Below, piece by piece: positions 30,299-37,787 of a stretch of DNA of 64,000 nt. The DNA is taken from contig OZ253580.1 of NCBI GenBank assembly GCA_965263035.1, positions 3,648,001-3,712,000 on the forward strand, written 5' to 3'. A program made the position numbers and the translations under genes. Each line of letters begins with the position of its first letter. The first letter of the stretch is position 1. Origin of the DNA: Acidobacteriota bacterium (GTDB lineage: Bacteria > Acidobacteriota > UBA6911 > RPQK01 > JAJDTT01). Under the pieces are notes generated by a model, which searched no databases, was not told the origin of the DNA, and saw only the letters and a list, made by a program, of their open reading frames with translations.

Positions 30299-32685
30299 GG
30301 ACCGGACCTCTTCATGCGAAACGGCCGACTCTTGACGATGCCCAGGATCAGCGCCGACCAGCGGTAGTTGGACGGCGCCGCTTTCCTCATGATCTCACGG
30401 ACGGCCGGCATGTCATAGGGTTCGATCCCGCGGCCCACGGCATAGGTCAGGAGCTTGCCGGTGAGAGTCTCGATGAATTCCCGACGGCGATTAAGGATCA
30501 GACTCCTGAGATCGGCGGGACCTTGAACCCTGGTCCCGTCGGGCAGCGTCGCCAGGGAATCGATGGGAAGATCGCCGTGGTCGCGGTCACGCCACCTGCC
30601 GATGGCGTCGAAATTCTCCAGCGCGAAACCGAGGGGATCCATCAGGCGGTGACAGCTCGAGCAAGCCGGATTTCCGGAGTGCTGCTCCATCAGCTCCCGG
30701 GTCGAGGTGGCACGCTTCTGCTCGCCGTGCTCCGGCAACTCGGGCACGTCGGCCGGCGGAGGAGGCACCCGGGTTCCCAGAATGTTTTCCAGCAGCCACT
30801 TGCCCCTCAGCACCGGCGAGGTGCGGGTGGCGTACGAAGTGACGGTCAGGATGCTGCCCTGGCCCAACAGGCCCCGGCGCCGCTCATCTTGCAGGTTCAC
30901 CCTTCGAAATCGGTTCCCATAGACTCGGGGAATTCCGTAGTGCCGGGCCAGACGTTGATTGACAAAGGTGTAATCGGCTTCCAGCAGATCGGTCACGCTC
31001 CGATCGAGTCGCAGTTGGCTCTCCAGAAACAGCTCCGTCTCCTGCCGGAGCGCCTCCCGAAGATTGTCGTCCCATTCCGGATACCGGTTCTCGTCCGGGG
31101 TCACGGCCCGGAGGTTCCGGAGATGCAGCCACTGGGTTGCGAAGTTCGTCACCAGGGCCTTGGACCGGCTGTCGGCGAGCATCCGCCTGACTTGGACTTC
31201 AAGATCGTCGGGATCGCTCAACCTCCCACCGGCCGCGGCCACCAGCAACTCCTCGTCGGGGACGCTGCTCCAGAGGAAGAAGGACAGGCGGGAAGCCAGA
31301 TCCAGGCCGCTGAGGTTGAAGGCGGTCGCCGGTGCCACCGTCGCCGGGTCGCGCTCGACCCGGAACAGGAACTCCGGATCGACCAGGATCCTTTCCAGCG
31401 CCGCCCGGATGCCGGCGTCGAAGCCGCCTCGGCTTCGACCCTCCCGGTAGAACTCGAGCAAGGGTTCGACGTCGTCATTCGTCACCGGCCGCCGGTAGGC
31501 GCGGCGGGCCAGGTTGGCCAGGATCCGCCGGGCGCAGTCCAACTCGTCGGCGTCTCGCCCGGGGAGCGGACGGCAGATGAAGATTCGCCGGCGACTGGGA
31601 GTGTCGCCGGGCCCCTGGACCCGAAAGGGGCCGTCGATCCGGAGGCTGCGCACGCCCCGATCGGAATAGCCGCCTCGGAGACTGCCGACGGGCAGCCGCG
31701 CCGGGCCCAATCCCTCGGGCGCCGGCGCTCTTTGGAGGAACGAAACCGCCACCGTCCGGGTCCCCGCCTCGGCCGGAAAACGGACGGTGGGATCCGGCGC
31801 CGCCGGCCGTCCGTACGATGAGTTCCGGTCTTGGCCTTCCAGGCGAATGAGTCGAAGCCGCTTCCCGTCCAAACGGACGCCCAGTTGCCGGGGTTGGCCG
31901 GTTCGGCGCCGTTGGAGGGAGATCGTCAGAACGTACTCGCCGTCGAGCGGGAAATGATGGCGAATTGCCAATCCTCCCCCGGAACCGAACGGAAGCTCTT
32001 CGCTCATGCGGCCGGACTGCACTGCCAGGGGCGAAGTCGTGTAGGTGGCGGCTGCCGGGTGCAACGTGGGGTCGCCGACGGCGAGTCGACTGATTTTCCG
32101 GGCCGCCGACAGGTATCTTTCCAAGAGCAGCGGAGAGAAAGAGAGGGCGTCGGAGATGTTGTCGAACCCGTACGCCAGGTCGTCGGACGGCAGCAGCGAT
32201 GGACCGTCGATCTCCAGCGCCAGCAGGTCCCGGACCGCGTTGGCGTACTGGGTGCGGGTCAAGCGGTAGGACGCCGGACGGCCCGGGTTGGGATCGCTCT
32301 CCGCCGCCCGGTCGAGCGCGGACTCCAGCCAAGAGCTGAACGCCGAGCGGTCATCTGCCGTCGGAAGCGGCATTCCCTCAGGCGGCATCACCCTGGTCCT
32401 GAGCTGGCGAACCACCTTCTCCCAGACCGGGGCGTCGCCACCGACCCGAGCCAGGTCCAAACTGTCGAACTCGACTCCGGCGGTCTTGAGTTGCCGGTTG
32501 TGACAGCTGACGCAGTAGCGATCCAGGAGGGTCCGGTAAGGGGGTAGCGACGGTGGGACAGAGGTGGGGGAATGCAGCCTGAGTCCGGCGCTGGGGCTGC
32601 CGGAAACTCCCTTGCCTGCGGCCTGGGACTGAGGGGCCCCGGCCAGGGAGAGTCCCAGACAGGCGATGATGATCCTGGAGTTCAT
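30295..32685 (-). CDS. DUF1592/1588/1585/1587/1595 protein with c-type heme motifs
   Basis: CVSCH and CSSCH; RLTRTQYANAVRDLL, LASRLSFFLWSS, TSPVLRGKW. Confidence 0.9.
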   Translation of the reverse strand: MNSRIIIACLGLSLAGAPQSQAAGKGVSGSPSAGLRLHSPTSVPPSLPPYRTLLDRYCVSCHNRQLKTAGVEFDSLDLARVGGDAPVWEKVVRQLRTRVMPPEGMPLPTADDRSAFSSWLESALDRAAESDPNPGRPASYRLTRTQYANAVRDLLALEIDGPSLLPSDDLAYGFDNISDALSFSPLLLERYLSAARKISRLAVGDPTLHPAAATYTTSPLAVQSGRMSEELPFGSGGGLAIRHHFPLDGEYVLTISLQRRRTGQPRQLGVRLDGKRLRLIRLEGQDRNSSYGRPAAPDPTVRFPAEAGTRTVAVSFLQRAPAPEGLGPARLPVGSLRGGYSDRGVRSLRIDGPFRVQGPGDTPSRRRIFICRPLPGRDADELDCARRILANLARRAYRRPVTNDDVEPLLEFYREGRSRGGFDAGIRAALERILVDPEFLFRVERDPATVAPATAFNLSGLDLASRLSFFLWSSVPDEELLVAAAGGRLSDPDDLEVQVRRMLADSRSKALVTNFATQWLHLRNLRAVTPDENRYPEWDDNLREALRQETELFLESQLRLDRSVTDLLEADYTFVNQRLARHYGIPRVYGNRFRRVNLQDERRRGLLGQGSILTVTSYATRTSPVLRGKWLLENILGTRVPPPPADVPELPEHGEQKRATSTRELMEQHSGNPACSSCHRLMDPLGFALENFDAIGRWRDRDHGDLPIDSLATLPDGTRVQGPADLRSLILNRRREFIETLTGKLLTYAVGRGIEPYDMPAVREIMRKAAPSNYRWSALILGIVKSRPFRMKRSGP

Positions 32686-32817
32686 GAATTCGCGACCGGC
32701 TGTTTTCAAAGTATTATGGCGACGGGCTGCGACGGTCTGCAAGCACTTCGCAAGGGTCCGACTGGGATGAAATTCAATCCAAACAGAAGCCGCGGCGCCC
32801 GCTTCCACTGGCCGCCC

Positions 32818-34317
32818 ATGGGATCAGGGTTACATTCCCTCGGTCTTTCGGTTCTGGTGTTCCTCGTGCTGTTACCCGATTTTCCAGCGGCGGCCGGGCC
32901 ATCCCGGAACCCGGCCGCCGGAGGCCGGGTGTCCCCGTATCGTCTGGTGGAGGCCGCCAAGTCGGGTGACGACGAGGCTTTGCGGTCCCTGCTGGCCGCG
33001 CATGCGGACGTGAACGAGCGTCAGGCCGACGGCGCCACGGCACTGCATTGGGCGGCCCATCGGGACGACCTGAAGAACGCGGTTCTGCTGATCGAGGCCG
33101 GAGCCGATGTTAGGGCCTCCAACGAACTTGAAGTGAGTCCCCTGTGGCTGGCCTGCGTCAACGGGAGCGCCTCCATGGTGAGGGTTCTGCTTGGAGCCGG
33201 GGCCGATCCCAACGCCGCGCCCGCCAGCGGCGAGACCCCTCTCATGCATGCCGCCCGCAGCGGTTCGACGGACGCAGTCAAGCTTTTGCTACTGCATGGC
33301 GCTGACGTGAACGCCAAAACCCCTTTGGAAGACCAGACGGCGCTGATGTGGGCTCTATCGGAGAAGCATGCAGAAGTTTCCCGCACCTTGATCGAACATG
33401 GTGCAGAGGTTTCCGCACGTTCCAAGTTCGGCTTCACGCCTCTGCTGTTTGCCGCTCGCGTCGGCGATCTCGACGGTGCCCGAGCCTTGTTGGCGGCAGG
33501 AGTGGACCCGAATGTGACGGCTTCCGGCGGTGAGAGTGCGCTGGTGGTGGCGACCGTGCGCGGTCACGTGCCGTTTGCGCTCTGGCTGCTGGAACAGGGG
33601 GCGGACCCGAACTCCGACGGCTCGGGATACACGGCTCTGCACTGGGCCGCCGGCGCCTGGGAAACCGAGATGACCGGTCCCAAGGGGATCGTGGCGCATC
33701 CCGGCCACGAGTGGGACGCCATGCGAGGCTTGCAGGAGGGCAAGCTGGAACTGGTTCATGCGCTGTTGGCGCGGGGAGCGGACCCCGACGCCCGGCTCCT
33801 GAAGCACCCTCCCCGGTTCGGCTACACAGCCGACCGGCAGCGGCCGGCGGGGGCGACCCCCTTCCTGCTGGCGGCCAGGGCCGGAGACGCCGGCGTCATG
33901 CAGGTTCTGGTGAAGGCGGGCGCCTCTCCCCGGCTCGCAGCCGACGACATGACGACGACTCTGATGGCGGCAGCCGGGGTGGGCCGAAACTTGACCGAGA
34001 GCCGGGTGACTGAAGAACAGACGCTGCGTGCGGTCCGGCTCGCCCTGGAATTGGGAGCCGACGTGAATGCCGCCAACCGGGACGGGGACACGGCTCTGCA
34101 CGGTGCCGCCCGCATCAAATCCCCCGCTCTGGTGCAACTGGTCGTTGACCACGGCGCCGAGGTGAACGTGAGCAACCGGAAGGGACAGACGCCGCTGTTC
34201 GTGGCCCGGCACTATTTCCATCCCGGCTCTCCGCCGCTCCCGGTCCCAAGCGAGACCGCGGATCTGCTGCGCCGGCTGGGCGCCGAAGAAACGTTTTCTG
34301 AGGGAGTTACGGAATGA
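32818..34317 (+). CDS. Secreted ankyrin-repeat protein (start uncertain)
   Basis: Many ANK repeats (GATALHWAA, GETPLMHAA, GFTPLLFAA, GDTALHGAA). Confidence 0.92.
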   Translation: MGSGLHSLGLSVLVFLVLLPDFPAAAGPSRNPAAGGRVSPYRLVEAAKSGDDEALRSLLAAHADVNERQADGATALHWAAHRDDLKNAVLLIEAGADVRASNELEVSPLWLACVNGSASMVRVLLGAGADPNAAPASGETPLMHAARSGSTDAVKLLLLHGADVNAKTPLEDQTALMWALSEKHAEVSRTLIEHGAEVSARSKFGFTPLLFAARVGDLDGARALLAAGVDPNVTASGGESALVVATVRGHVPFALWLLEQGADPNSDGSGYTALHWAAGAWETEMTGPKGIVAHPGHEWDAMRGLQEGKLELVHALLARGADPDARLLKHPPRFGYTADRQRPAGATPFLLAARAGDAGVMQVLVKAGASPRLAADDMTTTLMAAAGVGRNLTESRVTEEQTLRAVRLALELGADVNAANRDGDTALHGAARIKSPALVQLVVDHGAEVNVSNRKGQTPLFVARHYFHPGSPPLPVPSETADLLRRLGAEETFSEGVTE

Positions 34318-34464
34318 AGCTATCCCACCGGACGGGGTCGGACGAAGTCATGGGAGAAACAGGTGCCCGGTCCCCGTTTTCGGCATAGTCATGCATCCAG
34401 CCTCCGCAGGTAAGTCCAAGCGAGAACGGACGGTCTCGTATCCCGCCGTTTCAAAGAACCCTCA

Positions 34465-34978
34465 CTATGGGTTGGACATGCGCATCAGACGTCGGTCTCG
34501 TCGATCGTCGAGAATTCGCTTCAGGTACTTATGTCTCTCCTTGGGGTCCATCTTGAAGGCTTGCCTCAACGCCCGCCCAAAGCTGCCAGCCTTCTTCAGT
34601 TCCACCAGCATGCGATTCTCGATCCTCCCGTCTCTTGGCTTGTAGCTGTCGATTCTAGCTTTCCGGTGGGAGTAAGCCTTGTAGAACTCATCCATCGTCA
34701 TCCCTTTTGCCTCGGCCTCGACCTCGGCCCACATGAGATCTTGGACGTGGCTTGCCTGATGGGGATCCAGGAGCCTGCGCCGCAGAAATTGATCTACTGC
34801 GAAAGCGGTAGAATCGGTCCATATTTCCCCGATTTCTCGGCGAATAGAACAACTATGCACCTCAAAATCGAGAAAATCTGGACTCGATTCCCCACTTTCT
34901 CGCTACGATCATTTCTACCGCGCAGACTCCTGGCACCATCAAGATGATCAGCTCAGCCTTGCCGAGATTTTTCTGCAT
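34465..34978 (-). pseudogene. Small hypothetical protein interrupted by MITE copy 2
   Basis: Strong RBS AAGGAGG before the ATG at 34978; removing the MITE plus 4 bp joins MQKNLGKAELIILMV in frame to DPHQASHVQDLMW...MSNP. Confidence 0.7.
34771..34929 (+). mobile_element. 159-bp MITE, copy 2
   Basis: Same TIRs and internal sequence; flanks CCAG/CTGG. Confidence 0.92.
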
Positions 34979-35180
34979 GTGGACCTCCTTTCGATGCTCT
35001 TGGGCCTCGCATCCGGACCCACGCTGGTTTCGACGCGCCCTTTTTGTCTGATCAATAGCGTCGACGGTCTAGTCGCGCCGGGATGTACTGATCGAATTTC
35101 AGCAAACGCGCTCCCGAACGGAGGCGCTTCCGTCCCTCCGTTCGGGAGACCTCCGCCGCTCCGTCGTATGCACAGGGCCT

Positions 35181-36164
35181 TCAGACGGAGATCCGCTCGA
35201 CGAGGTTGCGGGAGACGCGCCGGCGGCGCCGGTCGTAGACCTGGGTGGTGCTGGGGTGGGCGTGCCCGGCCAGGTACTGGACGTCCTCGAGCGGCACATT
35301 CTGACTCAGCAGGTCCGTGACCACCAGGACGCGGAACGAGTGGGACGAGAGGATCTTCGGCAACCCGGCGGCCGCCATGCGCCGCTTGAGCATCCGCTGG
35401 ACGGCGGGAGGCGACATCGCCCGATCGGTGAGCGGGCTGGAGCGTCGCTCTCCCGCCCGAAAGAGCGGCGAGGACTGGGGCGCATCCGTCAGGCCGGCCC
35501 CTTCGAGGTAGGCCGCGATCCACTCGTCCAAGTCGTGACGCACCGGGATCTCCCGGGACTTGCCCCCTTTTTCCGAAAACTGCAGCGACCGGTGGTTGCC
35601 GTTGTCGCGAAGATCCTGCATCCGCAGCCGGCTGATGGCCCCGACCCGGGCGCCGGTGTAGATGAGCGTCCCGAGGACCGCCCGGTCCCGGAGCCCGAAC
35701 ACACGATCCGTCTTGATGGAGGCGAGCAGCTGACGGGCCTGGGCGACGGTCGCCTCGGGCGTGCGGCCCTCCCCGAAGGGATGGCGCATCCCGCGAACCA
35801 GCCGAAAGGGATTCAATACGGCAGCATGCCGGGCGACGAGCACATCAAAAAAATGCCGCAGTCCGGCCAGGGCCTGGTTCTTGGTGGACGCGCCGCCGGG
35901 GAGCTGTTCGAGGAACCGGCCGGCCAAGCCGGGCGTGACTTGGTGGAGCTCCAGGTCCTGGTCCTCGCACCAGTTGAGGAACCGACTCACGTGGCGGGCG
36001 TAGGCGGTCCGAGTGTGGGGATTCGAGAGGCGCGCGGAGAAGAACTCATCGGCCGCGAAGCAGGCCGCCTTGCCGGCACGCACGAGGACGGCCGGGAAGG
36101 TCCCTTCGAGGTCGGTTTCGGCCCGCGAATCCGAGGTTCTGAGCACCAGTTCCTGATCAGCCAT
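35181..36164 (-). CDS. Tyrosine recombinase/integrase (resolvase-type)
   Basis: Complete catalytic set: R (TGARVG), K (EKGGK), HSFR, H (LAGHA), Y (TTQVYD); N-terminal SAM-like NPHTRTAY. Confidence 0.95.
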   Translation of the reverse strand: MADQELVLRTSDSRAETDLEGTFPAVLVRAGKAACFAADEFFSARLSNPHTRTAYARHVSRFLNWCEDQDLELHQVTPGLAGRFLEQLPGGASTKNQALAGLRHFFDVLVARHAAVLNPFRLVRGMRHPFGEGRTPEATVAQARQLLASIKTDRVFGLRDRAVLGTLIYTGARVGAISRLRMQDLRDNGNHRSLQFSEKGGKSREIPVRHDLDEWIAAYLEGAGLTDAPQSSPLFRAGERRSSPLTDRAMSPPAVQRMLKRRMAAAGLPKILSSHSFRVLVVTDLLSQNVPLEDVQYLAGHAHPSTTQVYDRRRRRVSRNLVERISV

Positions 36165-36171
36165 AATAGAT

Positions 36172-36193
36172 AAGTATAATATCCTTTATCGTA
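36172..36193. other. Candidate recombination site A0 directly upstream of the recombinase ATG
   Basis: AAGTATAA-TATCCT-TTATCGTA shares the right arm and about 60 bp of downstream sequence with site A2. Confidence 0.65.
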
Positions 36194-36273
36194 ATCTACG
36201 GCAGGCCTCTGACTCCCCATTCTCTGCACCGGACGGGCGCTTTTCCTTCCCCTCGCTTCCCCACTTGGTGAAC

Positions 36274-37332
36274 TTATTCTGACGAGATAATCACATCTCC
36301 TGATGTGGAGCGGACGGATGTGAAGGTGGTCTTGCCGTTTTTGAAGGTGACCACTTCTCGCTTGCCGGATGGGTCCTGAGTGACCCAGCGCCCGTGCCGC
36401 TTCCCCTCCACATACGAGCCTTCGTGGACCGCTCCATCCGCACTGCGGACAATCCACTGTCCGTGTCTCTTCCCCTCGACATGGGGGCCTTCGGAGACAG
36501 CTCCATTCTCGTAGCGCGTGATCCACTGACCCTGCCGATTCTTGCCGGCCTCAAGATACCCGGTCTCTTCCGCAGTCTCCTTGCCTCTGCCTCTGTCCCA
36601 GACCCATTTGAGGGTTCCCTGCCCTTGGGCCAGGTCCCCGGCACACTCGCCCGTCCAGGTCACGGTCTGGTCCGGCAGGAGGAAACCATTCCAGACGTAG
36701 CATCCTGGCGGGTTTGACAACTCCATCCAGCACTCAGTGCCGCCCCACTGGCCGGCACAGGAAAGCCGTCCAGTGGTTGTAAATGAGGGCGGGCGGCAAT
36801 CCTCCTCGTTCACCCGCCGGTACTCCTCCAGGAACCAGTCGAGGTCGGAGGTCAGCACTTCGCTGATGCGTTCGGGATCGTGGGCACCGCAACACTCGAC
36901 CGAGCTGATTCTCCACGTGGGCGCCATGTTCTCCAATCCGCTGGCGGGATCGGTGACGAGCTTGTGGTATTCGAGAGAGATAGCATGTGCCACGAGCTCG
37001 GGGGAGACCGCCCTGACATCGATGGAGACCTTCAGGAACGCTCCGTTCGACTCGCTTTTCAAGGATGAGGAGAGACGCTCTGCCCGCAAGCGGCTTTTGG
37101 CGACGTCCAGAACGGGACTTAGTTGGATTGCCTCCTCAGGTTCCGCCGCGCCGGCATCTATCGACCCGCCGCCACCGCCTCCCAGTCCCATGGGGCGGCA
37201 GGCGTTGTACAACTGGAAGCGCTCGAGATCCGAGGCGGATTGTCCGCTCACATCCGTCGCAGAAACCAGCAGCAGCGCCACCAGGCCCGCCGCAACTCCT
37301 CGGAACCCCCGGTTGCCGTTTCTCATTCTCAT
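36274..37332 (-). CDS. Secreted MORN-repeat-like protein with Cys-containing N-terminal domain
   Basis: Signal peptide; TWTGECAGDLAQGQGTLKW, repeated EGxxVEGKRHGxW units. Confidence 0.8.
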   Translation of the reverse strand: MRMRNGNRGFRGVAAGLVALLLVSATDVSGQSASDLERFQLYNACRPMGLGGGGGGSIDAGAAEPEEAIQLSPVLDVAKSRLRAERLSSSLKSESNGAFLKVSIDVRAVSPELVAHAISLEYHKLVTDPASGLENMAPTWRISSVECCGAHDPERISEVLTSDLDWFLEEYRRVNEEDCRPPSFTTTGRLSCAGQWGGTECWMELSNPPGCYVWNGFLLPDQTVTWTGECAGDLAQGQGTLKWVWDRGRGKETAEETGYLEAGKNRQGQWITRYENGAVSEGPHVEGKRHGQWIVRSADGAVHEGSYVEGKRHGRWVTQDPSGKREVVTFKNGKTTFTSVRSTSGDVIISSE

Positions 37333-37491
37333 GGCATCTCCTCCCCTCGCGGAATACGGCAAGCCTACTCCTCGAGAGCAAAGTCCGCCGACGGGGTCGC
37401 GGATCCGGATCTGGAGGATGCCGCCGGCGAGACCAGCGCCGGGTCCGCGGGTCCCCCAGCTGATTCTGCAAAGAGTTTTCTCCTCAAGAAG

Positions 37492-37515
37492 GTCCGATAA
37501 TTGAAATTAACGGAC
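37492..37515. other. Candidate recombination site B1
   Basis: GTCCGATAA-TTGAAA-TTAACGGAC dyad with 6-bp spacer. Confidence 0.7.
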
Positions 37516-37787
37516 ATCCTGGGGGAAAAGGGAGGATTTCGCCGGTTCTATGGTCCAAGAGAAGCGGACCAAACGCCTCTTGGAGGGGTCTGGGTCCAAC
37601 AAGATCAACATATTGGACCCTAAACTAAGCCCCTGACTCCTCAGTTTCCGGAGGTGACCGCAGGCAGGAGCCGCCCCCTTCTTTCCCAATCCGGGGATCC
37701 CCTCGGGACCAGAAATGAGGCCAAGACTCGACCCGCCGAGTCGGTGACCCGTACTACAATTCGGCCAGAAGGAGCTCCCCAGCATCA

